A stretch of DNA of 64,000 nt, taken from NCBI GenBank assembly GCA_903926565.1, contig CAIYJU010000052.1, positions 18,581 through 82,580 on the forward strand. The letters are read 5' to 3'. Made by a program: the position numbers and the translations under genes. Numbering within the stretch: position 1 is the first letter of the stretch; every line of letters begins with the position of its first letter. Source of the DNA: an uncultured Bacteroidales bacterium (GTDB lineage Bacteria; Bacteroidota; Bacteroidia; Bacteroidales; FEN-979). Of the stretch, positions 26,726 through 36,088 are shown one piece after another. Below the pieces are notes generated by a model. The model had not been told where the DNA came from and made no database searches. It worked only from the letters and a program-made list of their open reading frames with translations.

Positions 26726-29047
26726 TTACTTTTTTTTCTTGGATTTTGATTTAGAGGGCTGTGTTTCTGCGATGATGGCCTTGCAGTCATCCAGTGTAAG
26801 GGTTTTTGGATCTTTCCCTTTCGGGATCTTGTAGTTCTCCTTATTGCAGGCAATGTAGGCTCCGTAGCGACCATTCAAAACCTGGATAAGCGTCTTGTTG
26901 TCATTGAATTCGGCTACAACCTTCTGACTGTCCGATTCACGTTTTGCCAGGATGATCTCGCCTGCCCTCTCAAGTTCAATGGTAAGCGGATCCACATCCT
27001 TTGGAAGTGAAAAGAAGAGTGAGTTATGGCGGATATACGGGCCAAACCTTCCTGTTGAAACAACCACTTCCTTTGATTCAAACTCACCAATGGTTCGTGG
27101 GAGTTTAAACAACTCGAGGGCCTCCTCCAGTGTAATGGTGTCGATGCTCTGCCCCTTTTTCAGGGAGGCAAATTTCGGTTTGACCTCGGCATCTGCATCA
27201 CCCATTTGCACCATTGCCCCATACCGGCCAATTTTCACGAATATATTTTCGCCGTTTTTGGGATCCTTTCCAAGGAGTTTCTCTCCGCTGACCTTACCGG
27301 TGTTTTCCAGGGTTCCTTCTATCTGCTTGTGAAACGGGAAATAGAACTCCTTGATCATCTGGTTCCATACCATCCTGCCTTCTGCAATTTCATCAAACTC
27401 CTCTTCAACATTTGCAGTAAAGTTGTAGTCGAGGATGTTGTTAAAATGCTGAACCAGGAAACTGTTCACCAGGGTTCCGATGTCAGTGGGAAAGAGTTTT
27501 GACTTCTCTGTCCCGACATTTTCAAACTTAACCTCTTCGGTAATCTTCGATTTTTTCAGGGTCACCAGGGTAAAGGCACGCTGGACACCTATCCGGTCTT
27601 CCTTGACCACATACTCCCGTTTCTGGATTGTGGAAATGGTCGGTGCGTAGGTTGAAGGACGACCGATTCCCAGCTCTTCAAGTTTCTTCACAAGCATGGC
27701 TTCAGTGTATCGGAAGGGCTGCTGGGTGAACTTTTCCTGGGCATTCATTTCAAACAGGTCGAGCTTTTCTCCGGCGCTCATGGGTGGCAACATCCCTTCC
27801 TCACCGGCTTGCTCTTCATCGTCGGTCGATTCCATGTATACTTTCAGAAAACCGTCGAATTTGATGACCTCACCCCTGGCAATAAACTTTTCCGTTGCCT
27901 TTGAAACACCAATGGTTACATTCGTTTTTTCAAGCTCCGCATCAGCCATTTGCGAGGCGATGGTGCGTTTCCAGATTAACTCATACAATCGTTTGTGCGA
28001 TTTGTCACCCTCGATGGTCCTGTTGGTCATGTATGTCGGGCGGATGGCTTCATGGGCCTCCTGTGCCCCTTTCGTTTTGGTCGCGAACTTGCGCATTTTT
28101 ACATATTCGGGACCAAAGGATGCGGTAATCTCGGTACTGGACATCGCCAGGGCCATATCGGAAAGGTTGACCGAGTCGGTACGCATGTAGGTGATCATCC
28201 CCGATTCGTAAAGCTCCTGCGCCACACGCATGGTATTTGCAACCGAGAATCCAAGTTTCCGTGATGCCTCCTGCTGAAGGGTGGATGTGGTAAACGGCGG
28301 TGCGGGAGATTTTTTCGATGGCCTGGTATCAACCTCCTCTATTGTATATTGTGCGTCGATGCATTTCTGCAGAAATGCCACGGCCTCTTCTTTGGTGACA
28401 AAGCGCTTGTTCAATTCGGCTTTGACCGTATTGACCTTATTCCCGGTCTTTAGGATAAAGTCGCCGGTGATCCTGAACGCAGAAGATGTCTGGAAATTTT
28501 TTATCTCCTCCTCCCGCTCCACGATCAACCGCACCGCAACAGACTGAACCCGGCCGGCAGATAAAGAAGGCTTGATCTTTTTCCACAGCAGCGGAGAGAG
28601 TTCAAATCCGACGAGACGGTCAAGCACACGGCGCGCCTGTTGTGCATCAACCAGGTTTTTATCAATGCTTCTGGGATGCTCTATCGCTTCCTGAATGGCT
28701 GATTTGGTTATTTCATGGAAGGCGATGCGTTTTGTTTTACTTTCATCCAGGCCCAGGGCCTCGATGAGGTGCCATGAGATGGCCTCCCCTTCACGGTCCT
28801 CGTCAGATGCAAGCCATACCCACTCAGAATCTTTGGCAAGTTTCGTGAGTTCGGCAACTACCTTTTTCTTCTCAGGAGAGATGATGTATTTTGGAATAAA
28901 TCCATTTTCAATATCAACACCCAGGTCTTTTTTCGACAGATCAACGACATGCCCCATGCACGACCGCACGATATAATCCTTCCCCAGAAACCCGCCAATG
29001 GTTTTGGCCTTGGCCGGAGACTCAACAATCACTAAGTTCTTTGTCAT
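26726..29047 (-). CDS. topA: DNA topoisomerase I
   Basis: MTKNLVIVESPAKAKTIGGFLGKDYIVRSCMGHVVDL (Toprim) plus C-terminal domains; 773 aa. Confidence 0.9.
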   Translation of the reverse strand: MTKNLVIVESPAKAKTIGGFLGKDYIVRSCMGHVVDLSKKDLGVDIENGFIPKYIISPEKKKVVAELTKLAKDSEWVWLASDEDREGEAISWHLIEALGLDESKTKRIAFHEITKSAIQEAIEHPRSIDKNLVDAQQARRVLDRLVGFELSPLLWKKIKPSLSAGRVQSVAVRLIVEREEEIKNFQTSSAFRITGDFILKTGNKVNTVKAELNKRFVTKEEAVAFLQKCIDAQYTIEEVDTRPSKKSPAPPFTTSTLQQEASRKLGFSVANTMRVAQELYESGMITYMRTDSVNLSDMALAMSSTEITASFGPEYVKMRKFATKTKGAQEAHEAIRPTYMTNRTIEGDKSHKRLYELIWKRTIASQMADAELEKTNVTIGVSKATEKFIARGEVIKFDGFLKVYMESTDDEEQAGEEGMLPPMSAGEKLDLFEMNAQEKFTQQPFRYTEAMLVKKLEELGIGRPSTYAPTISTIQKREYVVKEDRIGVQRAFTLVTLKKSKITEEVKFENVGTEKSKLFPTDIGTLVNSFLVQHFNNILDYNFTANVEEEFDEIAEGRMVWNQMIKEFYFPFHKQIEGTLENTGKVSGEKLLGKDPKNGENIFVKIGRYGAMVQMGDADAEVKPKFASLKKGQSIDTITLEEALELFKLPRTIGEFESKEVVVSTGRFGPYIRHNSLFFSLPKDVDPLTIELERAGEIILAKRESDSQKVVAEFNDNKTLIQVLNGRYGAYIACNKENYKIPKGKDPKTLTLDDCKAIIAETQPSKSKSKKKK

Positions 29048-29159
29048 TCGGATACCTTGTTTGGTTCTCTAAATCCGGTGCAAAAGTAAGACAATTAATT
29101 AAACCTTACCTTTGCACTTCGTTTAATGCTTAATCGGTTATCATGCCAAAAGGTAATTC

Positions 29160-30494
29160 ATGATTGTGAAAAATATAAAAAAAATCCATATTGAAACGTA
29201 CGGCTGCCAGATGAACATATCTGACAGTGAGATTGTTGCATCGATTCTGACAAGTAACGGATATACCTACACCGAAGATGTGTTGTCGGCAGATATTATT
29301 TTTGTAAATACCTGTTCCATCCGCGAAAATGCGGAGGACAGGGTCAGAAAAAGACTGCAATACTTCAAATCTCTGCGAAAAAAAAGGCCGGAATTGCTGA
29401 TCGGCCTGCTGGGATGTATGGCCGACCGGACAAAGACAGCCCTGATGGAAGAGGAGCAGCTTCTTGACCTGGTGGCGGGGCCCGATTCATACCGGCATCT
29501 CCCACAGTTACTCGAACAGGTAGGCACTGGCAGGAAAGCGATTGACACCATTCTGTCTGTTGATGAGACGTATGCCGACATCACACCCGTCAGGCTCGAT
29601 TCAAACGGTGTTTCTGCCTTCATCTCCATCATGCGTGGTTGCGAAAACTATTGCTCCTACTGCGTTGTTCCGTCCACCCGCGGACAGGAACGCAGCAGGG
29701 GTGCCGCTTCCATTGTGCGTGAAACCCGCGACCTTTTTGACAAAGGGTACAGGGAAGTAACCCTGCTTGGACAGAACGTAAACTCCTACAGCTGGAAAAC
29801 AGGTGACGAGGTAATAACCTTTGCAACACTGCTCGGGCGGGTTGCCGCAGTAAACCCATTGATGCGCATCCGGTTTGCGACATCCCATCCAAAAGACATA
29901 TCCGACGAACTCCTTCATACCATTTCAGGTACGCCGAATTTATGCAAGGCCATTCACCTACCGGTCCAGTCGGGAAGCAATCACATGCTCGACCTGATGA
30001 ACCGGAAATACACCCGGGAGGATTACATGGAACGGATCAGTGCCATCAGGAAAATCATCCCGGGTTGTGCAATAACAACGGATATAATTGCAGGGTTCTG
30101 CGACGAAACTGAGGCAGATCACCAGGATACACTCTCGCTGATGCAGTGGGTTGGCTACGACAGCGCCTTCATGTTCAAATATTCTGAACGACCTCAGACA
30201 CTGGCGGCAGATACCATGACCGACAATGTTCCGGAAGAGATTAAAGATCGCAGGCTCAGGGAAATCATTGACCTTCAGCAGCAACTTTCGCTGGCAAATA
30301 ACAAAACTGAGGTCGGGAGGATTTATGAAATATTGGTTGAAGGAAAATCCAAACGATCAGACAACCAGTATTTTGGACGAAATTCCCAAAATAAGGTCGC
30401 AGTTTTCACAAAAACGGAAACCGGGCCGGGGGAATATGTCACAGTAAAAATAACGGGCGCCACTTCTGCGACATTACTGGGGGAAGTTGTTTGA
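29160..30494 (+). CDS. miaB: tRNA-i6A37 methylthiotransferase
   Basis: IHIETYGCQMNISDSE (MTTase N-terminal cysteines), radical-SAM CxxxCxxC (CENYCSYC), and a TRAM domain. Confidence 0.88.
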   Translation: MIVKNIKKIHIETYGCQMNISDSEIVASILTSNGYTYTEDVLSADIIFVNTCSIRENAEDRVRKRLQYFKSLRKKRPELLIGLLGCMADRTKTALMEEEQLLDLVAGPDSYRHLPQLLEQVGTGRKAIDTILSVDETYADITPVRLDSNGVSAFISIMRGCENYCSYCVVPSTRGQERSRGAASIVRETRDLFDKGYREVTLLGQNVNSYSWKTGDEVITFATLLGRVAAVNPLMRIRFATSHPKDISDELLHTISGTPNLCKAIHLPVQSGSNHMLDLMNRKYTREDYMERISAIRKIIPGCAITTDIIAGFCDETEADHQDTLSLMQWVGYDSAFMFKYSERPQTLAADTMTDNVPEEIKDRRLREIIDLQQQLSLANNKTEVGRIYEILVEGKSKRSDNQYFGRNSQNKVAVFTKTETGPGEYVTVKITGATSATLLGEVV

Positions 30495-30531
30495 AAAATT
30501 AGTACTTTTGCCCTTTCAACTCCATGCCACT

Positions 30532-31332
30532 ATGAAACAAACATTTACGCTGGTCTCAAAATTTGCGCTTGTCTTTCTTCTATTTGCAATTTTGCTGGCT
30601 TCCTGCGTACCTCAGAAAAAGATAAAATATCTTCAAAAACAACAGGAAAAGGATACAACTAGTTTTGTCGCCAACACCCGCAGTGCCGACTACAAATTGC
30701 AGGTCAAAGACAACCTCTATGTCAGGGTGTTCGCTTTCGATGAAAAGGCATACCTGTTCTTCAACAAGCAATCCGGTTCAAGTTCATACAACGATTTTGC
30801 CAACGACGCTTCCATCTATCTCAACAGCTACAGTGTCAATTCCGATGGCAACATCGATTTTCCGATCATCGGGAAAGTTTATGTGCAGGGTTTAACTGTA
30901 GGCCAGGTCAAGACGCTGCTTCAGCAGATGATCGGTGAATACCTTAAAGAGACCACAGTGGTTGTAAAAACCGTCAACTTCAGGATCACGATGGTTGGTG
31001 AAGTGATGCGCCCCGGCGAATTTACCGTTTATAAAGATGACCTTAATCTTTTTGAAGCGATCGCCACTGCAGGAGATCTGACAGAATTTGCAAACCGTAA
31101 CCGGGTGGCCCTGATCCGCCAGGTAAATGGCGGATCACAGGTACATTACCTTGATCTCACGAGCCAGGATCTTCTGAGTTCGCCATATTACTACCTGCAG
31201 CCGAACGACATCATCTATGTTTCACCCCTTGGTTACAAGCGATGGGGTTTGGGATCTACCTTCCCATGGGCAATCGTGCTTGCCTCGCTTACCACAACCC
31301 TTTTGTTGATCAATTACGTTAAAACATTTTAA
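30532..31332 (+). CDS. Wza-like polysaccharide export protein (Poly_export plus SLBB)
   Basis: Signal peptide/lipoprotein N-terminus, the PGEF motif (VMRPGEFTV), and a soluble-ligand-binding beta-grasp segment. Confidence 0.7.
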   Translation: MKQTFTLVSKFALVFLLFAILLASCVPQKKIKYLQKQQEKDTTSFVANTRSADYKLQVKDNLYVRVFAFDEKAYLFFNKQSGSSSYNDFANDASIYLNSYSVNSDGNIDFPIIGKVYVQGLTVGQVKTLLQQMIGEYLKETTVVVKTVNFRITMVGEVMRPGEFTVYKDDLNLFEAIATAGDLTEFANRNRVALIRQVNGGSQVHYLDLTSQDLLSSPYYYLQPNDIIYVSPLGYKRWGLGSTFPWAIVLASLTTTLLLINYVKTF

Positions 31333-31337
31333 TTCCC

Positions 31338-33824
31338 GTGAACGAGAATATACAGGATTTAACACAGCAGCAACAGCAACAATCTGTTGACTACAAAATC
31401 ATCCTTTTCAAATTTTATCGCTTCTGGTATTTCTTTGCCATCACTATCTTTCTTGCACTCATCATCGCATTTATCTTCAACAAATACACCAAAGAGGTTT
31501 TTGAAGTAACCACAACTGTGCTCGTTAAGGATAAATCAGAAAACAAAATAAATCCCCAGGATCTGCTCGGCATGGGACTCTTCAATAACATGCAGAACCT
31601 GCAGAATGAGATCGGGATATTGTCCTCCTACACGCTTACCTATCGTGCAGTGACCAAAATCGGGTTCGAGGTTTCGTACTTTACGGAAGAGAATTTTGTT
31701 ACAAAAGAGCTTTATCTCGACAGTCCTTTCAAAGTAATCATGGATACAACGGTTCCCCAACCGGTAAACATGTTCTTTAAACTCAAGATTCTTTCGAAGG
31801 AGAAATTCAAACTGGAAACAAATGACGAGGCGATCAAATTCTTTGACTTTTCATCCCGGAAAATGGTTGAGGATCGTAAAGACAACATCGTGGTTGATCA
31901 GACCTTTTCATTCGGACAGCCGATTCAGTCAAAGCACTTCAAATTCAGGGTCATCCTTAAAGAAAAATTTGACGTGACACAGGATATCAGCAAATCCTTT
32001 TCATTTATTTTCAAGAATTATGACGCCCTCGTAACAGAGTTCAAGACATTCAACATCGAACCGATCAACAAGGAGGCATCTATCGTTGAGATAAAACTCA
32101 AAGGCGGCAATGTTGATAAACTGGTCGTATTTTTAAACACCCTCACCAAGGAGTACCTTGCCAAAGGGCTGGAAAAGAAAAACATTGTCGCATCACGCAC
32201 CATCACATTTATCGACAACGAGTTAAGAGGAATAACTGATTCCCTGAATGCCTCTGAAAAAGCCCTCATGCTTTTCAGGACCAACAAGGAGATCATGAAC
32301 CTCAACGATGAAGCCAAGCAGGTTTTCGAAAAAATGATGCAGCTTCAGGATGAGAAAGCAATTCTGATGGTTAAATCGAAATACCTTCAGAACATGAAGG
32401 AGTATATCGAAAAAAATCAGAAATTCGATGAGCTGATTGTTCCTGCATCGATGGGGATTGAAAACACGGTGCTGAACGATCTGACCATGCAGCTGACCAA
32501 CCTCTACATGAAGCGGACGGAGACCTCCCAATATTCCAAGTCGAAGAATCCCAGTCTCATGGCCATTGATTTACAGATTGCAACAACTAAAAACGCGTTG
32601 TATGAAAATGTAAAAAGTGCCATCAATTCCAATGACATTGCCCTGAAAGAGGTCAACGACAGGGTCTCCGTGATCAACTCACGCATCAGCAATCTGCCTG
32701 AAACACAGCGTGTTCTGTTTGGCATAGAACGCAAATTCAAGCTTACCGATGCCATCTACACCTACCTTTTGCAAAAACGTTCGGAGGCACAAATATCACA
32801 GGCTTCGAACCTTTCCGACAACGAGGTATTGGATGAAGCATCCTCCATCGGGCTGAAACCGGTTTTTCCGAAGAAAACGCTGAATTATGTGATCGCACTG
32901 ATACTCGGGGTCCTGATTCCGATCCTGTATATCTTTGGAAGAGATTATTTCAATGACAAGGTGATGGAGCGGGAAGACGTTGAAAAACTGACAAAACTTC
33001 CGATCGTCGGGCACATCATTCACAGTGATAAACCAAGTACGGTGGTGGTTCTTGACTCGCCGAAATCGTCCATCGCCGAGTCGTTCAGATCGGTAAGAAC
33101 CAACATTAACTACCTGCTCCAGGGAAAGGAGAAGCAAACAGTGCTGATTACAGCCGACATGGTCAATGCCGGTAAAACGTATGTTTCGATCAACCTTGCC
33201 CTCATTTTCGCCATGTATGGCAAAAAGACACTGCTCATGGGTTTTGACCTGCGGAAACCCAAAATCTTTGAAGATTTCGGATTGACAAATAAAGAGGGTA
33301 TCAGCTCCTATATCATCGGCAAAAGCAAGCTGGAAGACATCATTCAATTTTCGACCATCGAAAATCTTGACATCATCATGTCGGGCCCTGTCCCGCCAAA
33401 TCCTGCAGAATTAATTGCCTCGGCAAAGTGTTCTGAGATGTTTGCCCTTTTGAAAGAAAAATATGATTACATCATTATTGACACACCCCCTGTTGGTCTG
33501 GTGACAGATGCGTTTCTTCTTATGAAACATGCGGATGCCAACCTATTCCTGGTGCGTCAGGGCTACACCCACAAAAAAATATTCGGATCAATTATCCACG
33601 ACATGGCGCAACGCAACATCTCCAATCTGGCCATTCTGATCAACGACGTTAAACTTAACCGCAGCTCTTACGGATACGGATATGGCTATGGATATGGATA
33701 CGGGTATGGCTACGGATACGGGTCGGGTTATGGTTATGGTTATGGTTATGGTTATTATTCAGATGATAAAGAGGCGTCTAATAAAAGCAAATCATTTCTT
33801 CAGCGTGTTTTTGGAAAATCTTAG
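31338..33824 (+). CDS. Wzc-like chain-length determinant with a bacterial tyrosine (BY) kinase
   Basis: Two TM segments flank a periplasmic coiled-coil. Walker A motif GKTYVSINLA. The C-terminal tyrosine cluster appears as a (GY)n repeat. Confidence 0.8.
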   Translation: MNENIQDLTQQQQQQSVDYKIILFKFYRFWYFFAITIFLALIIAFIFNKYTKEVFEVTTTVLVKDKSENKINPQDLLGMGLFNNMQNLQNEIGILSSYTLTYRAVTKIGFEVSYFTEENFVTKELYLDSPFKVIMDTTVPQPVNMFFKLKILSKEKFKLETNDEAIKFFDFSSRKMVEDRKDNIVVDQTFSFGQPIQSKHFKFRVILKEKFDVTQDISKSFSFIFKNYDALVTEFKTFNIEPINKEASIVEIKLKGGNVDKLVVFLNTLTKEYLAKGLEKKNIVASRTITFIDNELRGITDSLNASEKALMLFRTNKEIMNLNDEAKQVFEKMMQLQDEKAILMVKSKYLQNMKEYIEKNQKFDELIVPASMGIENTVLNDLTMQLTNLYMKRTETSQYSKSKNPSLMAIDLQIATTKNALYENVKSAINSNDIALKEVNDRVSVINSRISNLPETQRVLFGIERKFKLTDAIYTYLLQKRSEAQISQASNLSDNEVLDEASSIGLKPVFPKKTLNYVIALILGVLIPILYIFGRDYFNDKVMEREDVEKLTKLPIVGHIIHSDKPSTVVVLDSPKSSIAESFRSVRTNINYLLQGKEKQTVLITADMVNAGKTYVSINLALIFAMYGKKTLLMGFDLRKPKIFEDFGLTNKEGISSYIIGKSKLEDIIQFSTIENLDIIMSGPVPPNPAELIASAKCSEMFALLKEKYDYIIIDTPPVGLVTDAFLLMKHADANLFLVRQGYTHKKIFGSIIHDMAQRNISNLAILINDVKLNRSSYGYGYGYGYGYGYGYGYGSGYGYGYGYGYYSDDKEASNKSKSFLQRVFGKS

Positions 33825-33838
33825 GAGGTAAAAGGGCA

Positions 33839-34744
33839 ATGGGTAACTATCATTTGACTCACCTGAAAGAGCTGGAGTCGGAAGCAATTTATGTATTGAG
33901 AGAGGTGGCTGCTCAATTCGAACGCCCGGTTTTACTCTTCTCCGGCGGTAAAGACTCCATCGTGCTTGTTCACCTCTCCCGCAAGGCCTTTTTCCCGGCA
34001 AAGATCCCATTTCCTTTACTGCACATTGATACCGGTCACAATTTCATTGAAACCCTGGAATTCAGGGATCGGATGGCTAATTCGGTAAATGCAAGGCTGC
34101 TGGTGGGTTCTGTACAGGAATCGATTGACAAAGGAAGGGCTGTAGAAGAAACAGGTGTCAATGCCAGCCGGAATGTGCTGCAAACCGTTACCCTGCTTGA
34201 TGCCATCGAAGCACACAAATTCGATGCGGCCATCGGGGGTGCGCGCCGCGATGAAGAGAAGGCCCGGGCCAAAGAGCGGTTCTTTTCCCATCGTGATGAA
34301 TTCGGACAATGGGACCCAAAGAACCAGCGGCCGGAACTCTGGTACATGTTCAACGGAAAAAAAAGGATGGGGGAACATTTCAGGGTTTTCCCGATCAGCA
34401 ACTGGACAGAGATGGATGTGTGGCAATATATCCTGGCAGAAAATATCGACCTGCCCAGCATCTATTTCACCCATGAACGCGACGTTTTTTACCGCGATGG
34501 CGTTTGGCTCGCAGCAGCTCCGTTCATGGAGATGAAACCAAATGAAAAGATTGAGTACCGCAGGGTTCGCTGCCGCACTGTAGGAGATATCTCGTGCACA
34601 GGGCTGACTTTGTCATCCGCTGATACTGTTGAAGATATTATTCAGGAGATCGCAGCCACCCGTGTTACCGAACGAGGTGGCCGTTACGACGATAAACGGT
34701 CTGAAGCCGCAATGGAAGACCGAAAAAAAGAGGGCTATTTTTAA
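33839..34744 (+). CDS. cysD: sulfate adenylyltransferase subunit 2
   Basis: LESEAIYVLREVAAQFERPVLLFSGGKDSIVLVHL PAPS-reductase-like fold; 301 aa. Confidence 0.9.
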   Translation: MGNYHLTHLKELESEAIYVLREVAAQFERPVLLFSGGKDSIVLVHLSRKAFFPAKIPFPLLHIDTGHNFIETLEFRDRMANSVNARLLVGSVQESIDKGRAVEETGVNASRNVLQTVTLLDAIEAHKFDAAIGGARRDEEKARAKERFFSHRDEFGQWDPKNQRPELWYMFNGKKRMGEHFRVFPISNWTEMDVWQYILAENIDLPSIYFTHERDVFYRDGVWLAAAPFMEMKPNEKIEYRRVRCRTVGDISCTGLTLSSADTVEDIIQEIAATRVTERGGRYDDKRSEAAMEDRKKEGYF

Positions 34745-36024
34745 TGGAACGAACATTTTCTTCTAAAGCATATCTCGACATGGAACTGCTGCGTTTTACC
34801 ACCGCAGGAAGTGTTGATGATGGAAAGAGCACCCTGATAGGAAGGCTGTTATACGACAGCAAATCGATTTTCGAGGACCAGCTCGATGCAGTCAGACGGG
34901 CAAGTGTTCAAAAAGGCAGCGAGCATATCAACCTTGCCCTGTTTACCGACGGGCTCAGGGCTGAACGGGAACAAGGCATCACCATTGATGTTGCTTACCG
35001 CTATTTTGCCACCCCGAATCGCAAGTTTATCATTGCCGATACCCCCGGACACATTCAGTATACCCGGAACATGGTTACCGGCGCATCCACTGCCAACGCA
35101 GCCATTGTACTCATCGATGCGAGAAACGGCGTGATCGAACAAACCCACCGCCATACGTTTATTGCCGCACTTCTTGGCATTCCCCATATCATCGTTTGTA
35201 TCAACAAAATGGACCTGATGGATTACCGGGAAGAGGTTTACACCGCCATCAGGAATGAATACCAGGCTTTTGCCAGCCAGGTTTTTCCCGGCCAGGATAT
35301 CCGTTTTATTCCGATCAGCGCCCTGAAAGGTGACAATGTGGTAAAACCATCTGAAAACATGCCATGGTATGATGATGGCACCCTTCTGTACCACCTTGAA
35401 ACCATCCCCATCAGCCAGGACCATGACCTGAAAAATCAGCGGTTTCCTGTACAATACGTCATCAGGCCTGAATCAGAAGAGTTCCACGACTACCGCGGTT
35501 ACGCCGGAAGGGTTGCCGGGGGCTTTTTTCATCCGGGAGATAAAATTGTGGTTCTCCCTTCCGGAATTGAAAGTGAAATTACTGCCATCGATACCCTGTC
35601 GGGTCCCCTTGCTGAAGCTCACCCGCCAATGTCGGTAACGATTACCCTGAAGGACGACGTTGACTTAAGCCGGGGCGGAATGATCGCCGGGGTCGGAAAT
35701 ATCCCGCAGGAGAGTTGTGACATAACCACTATGATTTGCTGGATGAACCCGAAACCCCTGCAAATCCAGGGGAAATATGCCCTCAAACATACGACCAAAG
35801 ATGTTCGCTGCATTATCCAGGATGTCGATTATGTATTAAATATCAGCACGTTGGAAAAAGTGCTTGAAAACAAAACAATCCGTATGAATGACATTGCCCT
35901 CATCCGGTTGCGCACCACCAAACCTTTGTTTTTTGATCCTTACACCACAAACCGCATCACCGGAAGTTTAATCCTTATCGATGAAACGACCAACGAAACC
36001 GTTGCTGCCGGCATGATCGTATGA
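34744..36024 (+). CDS. cysN: sulfate adenylyltransferase subunit 1 (GTPase)
   Basis: LRFTTAGSVDDGKSTLIGRLL G1 motif, DTPGH, NKMD; 426 aa. Confidence 0.9.
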   Translation: MERTFSSKAYLDMELLRFTTAGSVDDGKSTLIGRLLYDSKSIFEDQLDAVRRASVQKGSEHINLALFTDGLRAEREQGITIDVAYRYFATPNRKFIIADTPGHIQYTRNMVTGASTANAAIVLIDARNGVIEQTHRHTFIAALLGIPHIIVCINKMDLMDYREEVYTAIRNEYQAFASQVFPGQDIRFIPISALKGDNVVKPSENMPWYDDGTLLYHLETIPISQDHDLKNQRFPVQYVIRPESEEFHDYRGYAGRVAGGFFHPGDKIVVLPSGIESEITAIDTLSGPLAEAHPPMSVTITLKDDVDLSRGGMIAGVGNIPQESCDITTMICWMNPKPLQIQGKYALKHTTKDVRCIIQDVDYVLNISTLEKVLENKTIRMNDIALIRLRTTKPLFFDPYTTNRITGSLILIDETTNETVAAGMIV

Positions 36025-36088
36025 AAACCACATGGTTTTCTACAATAAATCCTGAAAAAAACAGTTATCTTTCTTCAAGATAAATCCC

